Source: Eledone cirrhosa
Lineage: Eukaryota
NCBI GenBank assembly: GCA_964016885.1
Contig: OZ024741.1
Coordinates: 46,686,001 to 46,750,000, forward strand
Direction: 5' to 3'
Length of the DNA stretch: 64,000 nt
Of this stretch, positions 39,210-53,600 are shown in pieces (the stretch's first letter is position 1; each line of letters starts with the position of its first letter). The position numbers were made by a program, and so were the translations under genes. Below the pieces are notes generated by a model. That model did no database searches and was not told the DNA's origin. It worked only from the letters and a program-made list of their open reading frames with translations.

Positions 39210-42200
39210 TTTCTTTATTAACCACAAGGGTTTACATAAAGTAGACATTAAGGACAGTGCAGGACAATACAGGACGGTACAAATGGGCATTTCTGCGTGT
39301 AAAAAACAAAAACAGAGGATGTAACAAAAAAATAACAATGAAAAATTCCCCAATAGAGGGGAGACTTCGGAGGGACATTTGTGGAAAAAGCCCAGTAAAA
39401 GGCCACAGTGACCCTGACCACCAAGGCAAGTGCCCTCTCCCAGTTTTCCACCTTTAATTTACATATACGTACTGAGAGTAGGCCCATTCACTCGGGCCAT
39501 TCTTGCTTCTCTCACCCATCTTTCAACAAAATGCTGGGAAGAGAGCACTTCCCTCTCTACTCTGATTTTCCTTTTCAAATGAAATTTGAAAAAGTCAATC
39601 AGGGCATCACGGAAGAGGTAAGTGCTCGTCTTCAGCCCTTTCAAACGTGTCCACCATACTATCCATTTCGCCATGGCCACCAGACAGATAAAAACTGCCT
39701 GCCCTTCCCGGCTAAAGGAAGAGGGCGGGGCAATCCTCACGATGGACTCAGATGATAGCCGGATCCGTCCTACACGCGACAGCAGGTGTTCGACATAAAC
39801 CCACAAGTCTGCAATTTTCGGACACTGGACGAGTACGTGCAGGAAGGTTTCGTCGCCCTGCGCCCATCTCGGACATTCCCGGCTGACGGCACCTCCATGC
39901 CTGTAGAGTTTATCCCGAACTGGCAAGGCTCCTCGGTAGCACTGCCAGGCCAGAGATTTCTGGAAGTTGTCCATAGGTCCCGGCCCGAAAGTTCTTCCGA
40001 AGAAATTGGCTAGTTGATTTTCGTCGACGCCTAGAGTTTCCCCAAGTACGTTGTCGCTCTTCCCCTCCACTGATCCTCTATAGAACGCCGAGGTGGAGTT
40101 TCCACCGATCACATTGCCCGATTGGTCGAGGGCTGTGAGCGCCTGAAGACATTCCAGTCTCCAAGCGCTCCCTCTCGGTCTTCGCTTGACCCAGGACTGC
40201 AGCTCCGTCAAGGAAACGAGCTGGGGAAATACATGTCTAGCAAACGGCGACCACACCTGATCACCGTCGAGGAAGAGGTGGAGATGTCGTAGCCTGAGCG
40301 CGTGTCTGCGCATCATCAGCCACGGCATTCCCATCCCTCCACGTAGCGGGTGTTGACAGATGGACCGCCTGACCATCGGAGCGCGTCCCTTCCACAAAAA
40401 GCGAAAGAGCAAACGCTCCAGCGCAATCAGGCGGGGCTTAGGACAAGGTACGACGGTCAGGCGGTAGCAGATGACAGACGCGATGTACGCGTTAGCCACC
40501 TCCGCTCGACCTTTCAGGGATAGCTTCTTCTCCGCCCATTTCTGGGTGAGAGAAGCCACCCTGTTCGTCACCTCGTCCCAGTTTTTGTCCGTCTGGAGGT
40601 CCGGACCGAACCAGACCCCTAGCAATTTAACCGGTCCGTCCGTCCAGCGTCCGACGACGCTGTTGGACGGCATGGACCTGCCTCTCCAGGTGCCAAGCTG
40701 CAGGCCCACTGACTTTTCCTGGTTGGTCATTGCTCCTGTCACCGCTTCGTATTCTCTTAGTGTAGTGCCGATCGCCTCGATGTGTTTGGCGTTCGACACC
40801 ACTACAGTGACATCGTCCGCATTTGCTAACACGGATTTTCCGCATGCTAGTTCGCGCGGGACCCCCCTCAACGTCTCCAGTTTGTGCACTAATGGCTCGA
40901 GAGTCAATACGTACAAGAGGGACGAGAGGGGACATCCTTGGCGGACCGAGCGCATGATGTTGAACGGTTCCGAAAGGTGACCGTTCACTCTCACCACAGA
41001 GCAGATGTCGCTGTGCATGGCAGCGATCCAGCCTCTGAAGACGGGCCCAAAGCCAGCCGCCCTCAGGACTGCCGCTAGGTAACGATGGTCGACCCTATCG
41101 AAAGCTTTCGACTGATCTAAATTGATCAAGGACCCACCCGTGCCAGGTTCCCTAGCTACCCTCTCTACGATGTATCGCATGAGGTGGAGGTTGTCGTGGA
41201 TGGATCTGTCGGAAATGGCGCATATCTGCGCCTCTCCCACCAGACCACCAACGACAAGCGCTAACCTCTTTGCTAGCACCTTGGCCAAAATCTTGAACTC
41301 TGTGTTTAGCAGAGTTATGGGCCTGAAATTATCTATGTTATCCCCCTTGTTCGGATCCTATCTCAGCAGTGCAACCGCTCCTCGGCTCACAGAGCTGGGA
41401 ATTCTCCCGTTCTGTTGCCAGTTGCAGTAGACGTCCGCCAAGAGGCCTCCGAACAAGTCTGGCATCTGTACGTAAAGTTCATAGGGCAGACCATCCAAAC
41501 CAGGCGATTTACCCCTTGTGCAGCCAGTCATTGCCTCCCGTACTTCAGCGGCTGTTATCGGCTAATGGATTCTATTCTAATCGCTCTTTTCAGAGCAAAC
41601 CACCACTTGTTGTTGACGATGGCCCCCGTCAACGCTCGCTTAACTAGTTCGCTAATCCGGTCTCTGTAGGCCTTGTGCGCTGGTAAGGACGCGTTTAGCT
41701 TCCAGTAGCCGGGTCCTCGTCTATGAACCCTATCTAAGTCAAGCACACAGATCACGAATTTGTGGTCTATGTAGCTGACTATCTTGAATTGTGAACAGCC
41801 TATGCTAGACCTATCTATTTCCCTACAAAATACTCTATCTAGATATGATCTGGATGACCCTATGCGATTTGTCCAAGTCCACATTGGCACATTCGGGAAA
41901 TCCAATCGGTACCTGTCAGACAGTTCAAAACGCCTGAGCAGGTTGGTGAGGCTCTTGCACCCTCCACCCCTATCCTATAATGTTACACAGTCCCAGCGTG
42001 CATCTAAGATCCCGTTCCAGTCGCCCACTAACACTAAAGAGCGGGACGTTCCAAGAAAGGTCTCCAGATGCCGGAAGAAATCAGACCGCCCTGCTATTGT
42101 CGGAGCATAGACGGCCACTAGGCCGTCTCCGCCGCTTACGTCCAGCACCGCCAACTTACACTCTGGGTCCAGGAAGATGGCCCGTATGGCGAGATCCAAA

Positions 42201-44765
42201 CCTCTCCGAAAAAGCACAGCAACTCCACTCCCCGATCCAGGACGGCTGGGAGATGCGTTACACATCGTAGCCGCCGAAGATCGGTGCGAAGGCCCGTGCT
42301 TCGAAGATTTTGATCTCGCTGATGGCCACTACATATATGTTTAGTGACCTGAGGTCGTTGAGCAGGTGACCCTGCTTCCATGACGACCCCAAGCCACGCG
42401 CATTTATGCTGCCTATTCTGAGTGAGGTCATGTTTAAAATAGAGTGGAAAAGATGGGAAAGACCACTTACCGTACTTTTCGTAGAGTAAGGATGGTTTCT
42501 TAATCCCTTTTCACTAGATCGTCTGGTGAAGGGACCGTTGAATCGTCCCTTCGGCTGGTCGTCGGCTCTTCTATGAGTATGTCCGAATATACTCTCCGGT
42601 TGAGAGTCCCTCCTAGGTCTCTGAAATCACCAACTGCGTTGGGGAATTTCGTTTTAATGTTTGTGTATTGTTTCTGTGCTATTTTTAGCAGTCTTATGTT
42701 CGTTGGCGTTTTGATTGGTACTGGTATTATGTAGTCGTGCTGTGAAATGTCTGTGTGTTCAATTATGTAAGTCATTAGTTTCTTGTTGTGTGTATTTATT
42801 GCCGTGCATTTGTTTTTCTGGGGGTGGGGTGTGGTTCTGCTATTTTCTTGTCGTTGTTGCTGGGTGTGTGTGTTTTGTTGTTTTGTTTGCGATGTTGGTG
42901 CTTGTGGTGGTGGTGTTGAAGGTGTTGTTGTTGGTGGTGGGGTTGTCGCCGGTGGTGCTAGTGTGGGTGGTGATGGTGTTGGTGGTGTTGCTGCTGTGTG
43001 TCTCTTTGCAGTAGCCTTTACCCTTTTTTCATTTCTTTCCTCCCCTTTCGAAGGCGACGATGCGCTGCTTCTGGGTTTGTGCCTTCTTACGACCTTTTGC
43101 CATCCCTCTCCCACCTCACACTCCATGTCTGATTCTGTGAGGTCGGGGAGGGGTACCAGCTCCACTCTTTCACTTGTTGTTGTTGGTGATGTTTGCAGTG
43201 GAGTCTCTGTTGCAGCTGCATTTGGTATTACTGTTGTTGTTGTTGTTAATACTTCCACTGCTGCTGCTGTTCTTGATTTCCGTGGCGTGAGTATGGGTGC
43301 CACGGACCTATCCTTCCTGCTTGCCGCCTGTCCTGTTGCTGGTAGCAGTGGAGCCGGTTTCGGAAGGAGGAGGGTTTTCTCCTTTCCCGGGGTCTTTTCA
43401 TTGCAGAAGGCCCTGAGGTGAGTCTTCGACCCACAGCGAAAGCATTTCGGGCGTTTGCCCTCAACACTTATGGGAAGTTGAGTGCCGTTATCGAAGTCTA
43501 TCACATCCGGGATAGCTTCGATGCACTCCTGGTTGGTTTGGATTAACATCTCAATGGAGGTGCCGACCCAATCTTCTCTTACTTTTTTCTGTACTTGCAG
43601 TACAGTTGTTTTGTCCTCGATTCCGACGAGGATAGACGCGGCCAGCCAAGAAGGGGTCATCCCGGGGAGGACGTGGGTCAGTTTGACCCTCACAATTTTT
43701 TGCCCGCAGTAAGAGGGCACCAACACCATTTCCTCGCTCCTTAGGGTCACTAAGGATTGAGCCTTTGCCTCCTGGGGTGTGGCAAAAAGCACGTCTACGG
43801 TGGCATATTTCTTGCCTCGGGTGATATGCGTTTTCCGCTGCCACACAGACCCTAAGGCTTTTTGTATTTGAGTCTCTGTGGCTCTTTCAACCCTACGGTA
43901 CATGACCGTACAGTGCTGTTGGGTTTCGAAAAAATGTTCGGCTGCCTTGCAGATTGCTCGGTGTCCGGTTTTCGTCACCATCTTCTTCGCTTCCTCTAAT
44001 TCCTCATTTGTTGAGGATGGTTTCCAGGTTCTTTGCGATACCTGCAAACGAGATTGGTTTTTCTTTGCTGCTGTTGTTGTTGTTGTCGTCGTCAGAGCTG
44101 CTGTTACTTTTGTTGTTGCTGCAGGTACTACGACTACTGCCGCCGCCGCTGTTGCTGTGGTTGTTGTTGTTGTTGCTGCTGCTGCTGCTGTTGTTGTTAC
44201 TGTTGCTGCTAATGCTGTTGTTGTTTATGCTGCTGCTGATGTTGTTGCGGCTGCTACTGTTGTTTTCCTTGTCACTGTTGCTGCTGCTGCTGTTATTACG
44301 GCTGCTACTGCTATTATTCATGACGTCAGATGAATGAAATAGGTTTTCGTATTTCCCGCACACCTTTTTCGTCGTTGTCGTCGTCGTCGTGGAGAAATGC
44401 TGCACGCTTTCTACGTGATTTTTCTTTACTGGCGTCGCTTGCGAAAGAGAAGGGAGGGAGAAAGACAATCTTCTCTCTGCTGTAGTGACGATTGAGGAAG
44501 AAGAAGACGGAATGAGTGGGAGTGACCTATGAAAATTCATTTTCGCAGCCATGTTTTATTTGTTTAAAATAAATATTGGGCACAAACCCCTAATAAGTGG
44601 TTATTTAACCCCGAAGGGCCAAATAACGGGCAGAAAGACCCCTCTCACGAGGAGGAGGGTGTTTTTGTCTACACTTTAGTTAAAGTTTTAAACAATTTAC
44701 AATTGTTATAGCGGTCAAAATGTACAATACCTTACAGAGCCGAGCCTCCGTCAACCATGGCATTC
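39208..44765 (-). mobile_element. Tx1-clade LINE, copy D (C-type 5' UTR and ORF1, B/E-type ORF2 and 3' UTR; internal ORF2 deletion at ~41560)
   Basis: 609-aa RT/ZnF ORF at 39459-41288; ORF1 44552-42500 near-identical to copy C; (TAA)n at both ends. Confidence 0.9.
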
Positions 44766-44783
44766 AATAATAATAATAATAAT

Positions 44784-47700
44784 GCTTTCTTTATTAACCA
44801 CAAGTGTTTACATAAAGTAGACATTAAGGACAATACAGGACGGTACAAATGGGCATTTCTGCGTGTAAAAAAAAACAGAGGATGTAATAAAAAATAACAA
44901 TGAAAAATTCCTCAATAGGGGGGAGACTTCCGAGGGACATTTGTGGAGAAAGCCCATTAAAAGGCCACAGTAGCATTGACCATCAGGGCAAGTGCCCTCT
45001 CCCAGTTTTCCACCTTTAATTTACAGACACATACTCAGAGTAGGCCCATTCAGTCGGGCCATACTTGCTTCTCTCACCCATCTTTCAACGAAATGCTGAG
45101 AAGAGAGCACTTCCCTCTCTACCCTGATATTCCTTTTCAAATGAAATTTTAAAAAGTTAATCAGGGCATCACGGAAGAGGTAAGTGCTCGTCTTCAGCCC
45201 TTTCAAACGTGTCCACCATACTATCTATTTCGCCATGGCCACCAGACAGATAAAAACTTCCTGCCCTTCCCGGCGAAGGGAAGAGGGCGGGGCAATCCTC
45301 ACGATGGACTCAGCTGATAGCTGGATCCATCCTACACGTGACGGCAGGTGTTCGATATAAACCCACAAGTCAGCAATGCTCGGACACTGGACGAGTGCGT
45401 GCAGGACGGTTTCGTCGCCCTGCGCGCATCTCGGATATGCCCGGCTGACGGCACCTCCATGCCTGTAGAGTTTAACCCGAACCGGCAAAGCTCCCCGGTA
45501 GCACTGCCAGGCCAACGATTTCTGGAAGTTGTCCATAAATCCTGGCCCGAAAGTTCTTCCGAAGAGATTGGCTAGTTGATTTTCATCGACGCCTAGAGTT
45601 TCTCCAAGTACGTCGTCGCTCTTTCCCTCCACTAATCCTCTATAGAACGCCAAGGTGGAGTTTCCACCGATCACATTGCCCGATTGGTTGAGGGCTGTGA
45701 GCGCCTGAAGACATTCAAGTCTCCAAGCGCTCCCTCTCGGTCTTTGCTTGACCCAGGACTGCAGCTCCGTCAAGGAAACGAGCTGGGGAAAGACTTGTCT
45801 AACAAACGGGGACCACACCTGATCACCGTCGAGGAAGAGGTGGAGATGTCATAGCCTGAGCGCGTGTCTGCGCATCAGCCACGGCATGCCCAGCCCTCCA
45901 CGTAGCGGGTATTGACAGCAGATGGACCGCCTGACGATCGGAGCGCGTCCCTTCCACAAAAAGCGAAAGTGCAAACGCTCCAGCGCAGTCAGGCGAGGCT
46001 TAGGACAAGGTACGACGCTCAGGCGGTAGTAGATGACGGACGCGATAGCCAGCTCCACTCGACCTTTCAGGGATAGCTTCCTCTCCGCCCATTTCTGGGT
46101 GAGAGAAGCCACCCTGCTCGTCACCTCGTCCCAGTTTTTGTCCGTCTGGAGGTCCGGACCGAACCAGACCCCTAGCAATTTAACCGGTCCGTCCGTCCAG
46201 CGCCCGACGACGCTGTTGGACGGCATGGACCTGCCTGTCCAGGTGCCGAGCTGCAGACCCACTGACTTTTCCTGTTTGATCAATGCTCCTGTCACCGCTT
46301 CGTATTCTCTTAGTGTAGTGACGATCGCCTCGATGTGTTTGGCGTTCGACACCACTACGGTGACATCGTCCGCATATGCTAACACGGATCTTCCGCATCC
46401 TAGTTCGCGCGGTACCCCCCTCAACGTCTCCAGGTTGTGCAGTAATGGCTCGAGAGTCAATACGTACAAGAGGGTCGAGAGGGGACATCCTTGGCGGACC
46501 GAGCGCATGATGTTGAACGGTTCCGAAAGGTGACCATTCACTCACACCACAGAGCAGAAGTCGCTGTGCATGGCAGCGATCCAGCCTCTGAAGACGGGCC
46601 CAAAGCCAGCCGCCCTCAGGACTGCCGCTAGGTAACAATGGTCGACCCTATCGAAAGCTTTCGACTGATCTAAATTGATCAAGGACCCACCCGTGCCAGG
46701 TTCCCTAGCTACCCTCTCTACGATGTATCGCATGAGGTGGAGGTTGTCGTGGATGGATCTGTCGGGAATGGCGCATGTCTGCGCCTCTCCCACCAGACCA
46801 CCAACGACAACCTCTTTGCTAGCACCTTGGCCAAAATCTTGAACTCTGTGTTTAGCAGAATTATGGGCCTAAAATTATCTATGTTATCTCCCTTGTTCGG
46901 ATCCTTTCTCAGCAGTGCCACCGTTCCTCGGCTCACAGAGCTGGGAATTCTCCCGTTCTGTTGCCAGACGCAGTAGACGTCCGCCAAGAGGCCTCCGAAC
47001 ATGTCTGGCATTTGTACGTAAAGTTCATAGAGCAGACCATCCAAACCAGGTGATTTACCCCTTGTGCAGCCAGTCATTGCCTCCCCTACTTCAGCGGCTG
47101 TTCGCAACACTCCGCCTCAGTGGCCGAGAGCCGCGGCAGTCCGTCGGGGTAGACACTAAAGTCCATCCCTCGTCCGGCTCGCCGCAGCCCCCGAACAGCT
47201 GAGCGAAGTGTCGCTGAAAAGCTTCACACATTTGCCCGGGATCGAGTAGCATGCGCCCTTAGTGGTCCACCAAAGACCGGATTGTGGCTTTGTTGCCACG
47301 ACGCGCCTCCGCCACTCGAGCCCATTGAACGGCTTTCGTCCCCTCGTGTCTGAGAGCACGCACCCTAGCTCTGACAACGCAGCCTTCGTGCTTTGCATTG
47401 AAGAATTGGTCAAGGGCCAATTTCGCCGCAAGCACGTCGGTCGCGATGCCTTTGCTAAGCGCCTCGTCTAATTTTCTAACTAATTCTCCCTCTGCTCTAT
47501 TTTTCTCTATTGCTAAAGTCTTACTAAACCTAATGGACTCTATTCTAATTGCTCTTTTCAGAGCAAACCACCACTTGTTGTTGACGATGGCCCCCGTCAA
47601 CGCTCGCTTAACTAGTTCGCTAATCCGGTCTCTGTAGGCCTTGCGCGCTGGTAAGGACGCGTTTAGCTTCCAGTAGCCGGGTCCTCGTCTATGAAGCCTA

Positions 47701-50568
47701 TCTAAGTCAAGCACACAGATCACGAATTTGTGGTCCGTGTAGCTGACTATATTGAATTGTGGACAGCCTATACTAGACCTATCTATTTCCCTACAAAATA
47801 CTCTATCTAGATATGATCTGGATGACCCTATGCGATTTGTCCAAGTTCACATTGGCACATTCGGGAAATCCAATCGATACCTGTCAGACAGTTCAAAACG
47901 CCTGAGCAGGTTGGTGAGACTCTTGCACCCTCCTCCCCTATCCGCTAATGTCACACAGTCCCAGCGTGCATCTAAGATCCCGTTCCAGTCGCCCACTAAC
48001 ACTAAAGAGCGGGACGTTCCAAGAAAGGTCTCCAGACGCCGGAAGAAATCAGGCCGCCCTGCTCCTGTCGGGGCATAGACGGCCACTAGCCTGAAAGCTT
48101 GCCTGTCCCCGCTGGTCACGTCCAGCACCACCAACTTACCTTCTGGGTCCAGGAAGATGGCCCGTATGGCGAGATCCAAACCTCTCCGAAAAAGCACAGC
48201 AACTCCTCCCCCCGATCCAGGACGGCTGGGAGATGCGTACACATCGTAGCCGCCGAAGAACGGTGCGAAGGCCCGTGCTTCGGAGATTCTGGTCTCGCTG
48301 ATGGCCACTACATCTATGTTTAGTGACCTGAGGTCGTTGAGCAGGTGGCTCTGCTTCCATGACCACCCCAAGCCACGCGCATTTATGCTGCCTATTCTGA
48401 GTGAGGTCATGTTGAAATGGACTGGAAAAGATGGGAAAGACCACCTACCTTACTTCTCATAGAGGAAGGACGGTTTCTCCATCCTTTTCACTGCTTGTGG
48501 CCTCCTCAGGAAGGATGTCCTTATAAATCCTCCTGGAGAGTGCTTGTCGGAAGTCTCCGATGTCTTTGGGGAATTTTTGTTTTAGTGTCATGTACGTTTT
48601 CGGTGTGATGCGAGTGATTTGTATGTGTGGAGGTGGTGTGAACTTTTGGGTTGTTGTGTAGTCTTTTTCTGTGATGCTGGTGTTGTGTTGGATCTAGTGT
48701 AATAATTGGTTGTTGTTCAAATTTAATGCTGTGTAGTGTGTATCGTTTTGGTTGTTTTGTTTTGTTTGTTGTGGGTTTGTTTCTGTTTCGCTTTTTGGTG
48801 ACTTTTGTGGTGTTGGTGATGGTGGTGTTGGGGTTAATGATGGTGATGGTGTTGGTGTTTGTGGTGATGGGGTTGGTGATGCTGGCATATCTGTCCTAAC
48901 TGTTTTGTCTGATAGTTTATTTGTTTTCCCCTGTATTTTGTTTTTGGAGGGGGAAGGAAGAGAATTTTTTTCTTTTTTGGTTTCATTTTTTTTTCTTTCC
49001 TGATACCGTTTCCCACTCCTCGTCGTCACAATCTGTCTCCAGTTGCGATAGGTCGGGTAGTGGAAAATCCTCCACAGGCGTTGGTTTTGGTTGTGGTGTG
49101 GTGGATGGTGTAGGCATTGGTGCTAGTTCTGGCGCGTTGGGTGGTGGTGGTGTTGGTTTTGCTACTGTTGCTGGGATTGTTGTTGTTACAGTTGCTTCTG
49201 TTGTTGCTGCCATTTCAGCTGCTGGTGGTGTTGATGGTTGAGTCGCTGGGGTGGGTAAGAGGTGGCCCCAACCTTTTAGCCTAAGGGCAGAAAGCCCTTA
49301 GGTGGGTTCCTTCACCACAAACGACACACCTAGGCCTTCTACCCTCGACGATTACGGCGAGGTGGCTGCGTCAGTGAGGTCTATTACCTCTGGGATCTCC
49401 TCAATGCTTTTTTGGTCCGCTTGGATCAGGAGCTCCATCCCAGATCCGTACCAGTTCTCCTGCTTTTCTTTCGCTATTTCGATTATCTTGGTGTTGGCCT
49501 CGATGCCGGCGAGGAGGGCAGCCATTAGCCAGGGAATTTCGATGGCCGGAGGAACGTGGGTCACCCTGATCTTCACGAGTCTCTGGCCACAATAGCTTGG
49601 GACGAGTGTGAAGTCGTCACTTCTTAATGGGGCCATGGTGTGTTCTCTAGCCTCCTGTGGTGTTTCAAAGAACACGTCTACGGTTCCATACTTCTGCCCA
49701 CGTCTGATGTGGGGTTTTTTTGCCCACACATGTCCCAAAGCTTTTTGGATTTGGGACTCGGATGCCCGTTCCACTCGGCGCGATTTTATATTAATTGTTC
49801 GATAAGACACGGTGCATAAGCGCCGATGCTCCATTTTATTAGGTGTGTGTGTGGGGGGGGGGGGGGGGGGGTCTGACCATGTACCCATCTTTCTTTACCA
49901 TTTTTGGGGCTTCTTCTAATTCCCCCTGAGTTACCTGGAATGCTTCGCACTGTTTTGCTACTCTGGCAAAACTCAGGGTGGTTTTCTTAATGTCATTGTT
50001 GGTGTTATCGTTATTTTTGTTATTAATTTTAGTTTCAGTTGTGGTAGTGGTGGTGTCAGTGGTGTTCGGTGTGGAAGAGTTCATTTTGGTTGAATTCATT
50101 TCGATATCACGAGTTAATTTATTTTTTTCTTTTGTTTCTGTTGTCGCGGTGGTGGTGGGGGTTGTCGCGGTGGTGGTGGCGGCTTTAACACCTGCAGTTA
50201 TTGGTAATGACGGGAAATGAATGTCTGCCTGAGACAAATTTAAAATATTGCTACTGCTTATATTTTTAGTGTTGGCAAACGTAGTAATATTTACAATGGT
50301 GGTGTCAGTGTGAGGTGTTAGTTTGTGAGAAAGGAGTGACTCTGAGTCAGCCATGATTTTTCAAAGAAAAATGTTTGTTTGATAATTATAAAAGTTTAAA
50401 TTTTGAGCTCAAGGCCCCAATCTTGTTGGGTGTCCTTTTCAGATAACAATGTATGTGCACTTATATACATTTAACAATAAAAATTTTCCATGAATGGCAA
50501 TTTTAAACAACTAAAAATAACAAACATTTGCGGAGCTCGCGATGATACGATTTACTACGTAGGTCGCC
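44784..50568 (-). mobile_element. Tx1-clade LINE, copy E (same family as B; ORF1 50354-~48445, ORF2 48410-45021; disrupted)
   Basis: Same 5' end GGCGACCTACGTAG as B, MTSLRIGSINARGL, RT motifs; (TAA)n at both ends. Confidence 0.9.
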
Positions 50569-50617
50569 AATAATAATAATAATAATAATAATAATAAGAA
50601 GAAGAAGAAGAAGAAGA

Positions 50618-53600
50618 AACATCCCGAAAACAGAGGCTATATTGACAGTAACAAACTAGCCAATATACGAAGAAATATTGTAAGAAAAAAGTTACTAACT
50701 GATATAGAAATTGATCAGATCAAGCTAGTAGCACAAAGTCAGCGAAGGGAAAATGAAACATGTGTCAGTGAAAACGAGGTAAACTGTAACACTTCGAATC
50801 CCAGGGTTGGGGCGGAATCACTGGCAACAGAACAAATTAAAGAAAGGATCGAAAAAGTGGAGGGAGTGCATGCTCAGGATGAAACTTCAAATGAAAATAA
50901 TGAGATCGTAAATGATAAAGAAATGAATGAGAATGAACTTGCCAACTTGAAGGATGAAATTATGATCGAATGGATGAAAATGAAAGAATCTGACATGGGG
51001 CAACGAGACACCCTCCCTAAGATCCAGAACTCCAAACAGAACCAAAAGATAATACACAAGACTAACATAATTCTCAAAAACATTATCATCACAAACAAAC
51101 TAAACATTACTGATTTAAATCATCTCTATTATGCATCGGCTAAAGTCACCACTCACTTATGTGGAGTGAAGATGAAAAAACAAAGGAATTCCCACAAGAA
51201 ATCTACTTGGCAAGAGAACATCAATCGCCAAATAAACCTTCTCCGATCTGACATAGAAATTTTAACAAACTATAAAGTAGGTGAACATGTTAAACAAACT
51301 AAACTTAGAAAATTGAAAAAAAAGTACAGTATAAAATCAACATGTGACATAGACATGCTGATAGAAATAATCAAGCAAAAAGTGTCGGCCAAAGCTGCTC
51401 GTATAAGGCGCTTTGAAAAACGATCTAGATTCTATAAGGACAATAATATGTTCAAAAACAACCAAAGAAACTTCTACAGAAAAATTGGTAAGTCAACAAT
51501 AACTGCTAAATCAATACCACCCAAGGAGGAAGTGCAAGAATTCTGGGAAAAGATCTGGGCCGAAGAAAAAGTTCATAACATACATGCCCCATAGATAGAC
51601 AGACAAATGAAAGATACAGCTCACCTTGAGGAACAGATATGGGAAAATATAACAGTTGAACAGTTGCGCTTGGCTCTAAGAAAAACCAGCAAATGGAAAT
51701 CCCCAGGAAAAGACAAAATACAAAACTTTTGGATAAATGCCTTCACAGAGTCTCATGAGCTGTTAGCCCAACTTTACAATGAAATAGTTAAGGAGCCAGA
51801 AAAGATACCATCATGGCTAGTTAACGGCATTACATTCCTGCTTCCGAAGAATGATGAGACAAACAATCCCAAAAATTACAGACCGATAACTTGCTTGACC
51901 ACAATGTATAAAATTTTAACATCAGTCCTAACTGAATACACATATGACCACCTGATAACAAATGACCTATTTCACATTGAGCAGAAAGGGTGTAAACGAG
52001 GCTCATATGGCTGTAAGGATCAGCTTCTGGTTAACAAAATGATACTGGAAGATTGTCATAATAGACACAAAAATCTATCGATTGCTTGGATAGATTATAA
52101 AAAAGCATTCGATAGTTTGCCACACAGTTGGATTGAAAAATGTTTAGAGATTTTCAAAATATCCCCCGTTGTCAGGAGGTTTTTGTCATTCAGTATGAAG
52201 ACATGGAAAACGGCACTCCTTTTGAATAGTGAAACAAAATCACTGGAAGCTGGAGAAGTTAATATTAATTGTGGAATTTTTCAAGTTGACTCTTTATCAC
52301 CGCTTTTATTCTGCATCGCACTTATACCATTAAGTAAAATGCTCAATGAAACAAAACATGGATATAGAGTCTATGACAAAACCATTACTCACCTGTTCTA
52401 CATGGATGACCTGAAACTATTTGCAAAAAATGATGAACAATTGCAAGGGCTATTATCCACCGTGGAGCAGTTCAGTGATGACATTAAAATGGAGTTTGGA
52501 CTAGATAAATGCGCCAAAGCAACGTTCACCAGAGGAAAGCTGCTGAAGAGTTCAGACATTAATCTTGATCGGGGGAACGTGATAAGAGGACTTGATCAAG
52601 AAAAAACTTACAAACATCTAGGTGTTTGTGAAGGAGACGGAATCAAGCACTCGACAATGAGGGAAAGGATAAGGAAGGAATGTTACCGCAGAGTAAGAGC
52701 AATCTTAAGAACGGAATTGAATGCAAGGAATAGGACCGATGCCATAAACACGCTTGCCATACCAGTAGTAACCTACAGTTACAATGTCATCAACTGGTCA
52801 AGCACAGAGATCCGTAGGCTCGATACAAAAATTCGAAAATTCTTAACCATGCACCGAATGAATCACCCTAAGGCAGATATAGATAGAATATATCTCCCTA
52901 GGAAAGAAGGAGGACGTGGGTTAATCCAGTTAGACATTGCGTTGAAAACTGCAACAATTGGATTATCTACATATCTAAGAGAATCACATGATTGGATGAT
53001 CAAACTCGTTTTGAAACACGAAAGCATCAAAAGATCATATTCCATTACAAAAGATGCACAAAGATACAGTAATGGACTACAAATTTCAGAAGTCCCATTT
53101 ACTGCTGAAATGGAAAACACAGAAAAAGCAAAGCAGGTAAAAGTAACTGCAAAGAAAGAACTGCTACAGAAACTGGCTAAGAAATGGCAAGAAAAGCCTC
53201 TGTATGGAAAATACCCAGAGCGAGCTAACAATCCTGATGTTGACAAAACTTTAACCCATCAGTGGTTGGCATCCTCTGGACTGAAATCGGAGACTGAAGG
53301 ACTGATTATATCAGCACAAGATCAGTGTCTGCCAACAAAAAATTACCAAGCCAACATAATAAAAAATGGGTGCAGCCCATTATGCCGTGTATGCAAAAAA
53401 CAACCAGAGACCATTGACCATATAATTTCAATGTGCAGTCCTATAGCTCCAACCGAATACCTAAACAGGCATGACAGAGCTGCACAATACATACATTGGA
53501 TAATGTGTAAGCATTTTGACCTGCCCCATCAAAAGAATTGGTGGGAGCATCAACCACCTCCCATACTTGAAAAAGATCACATCTCAATCTTGTGGAACTT

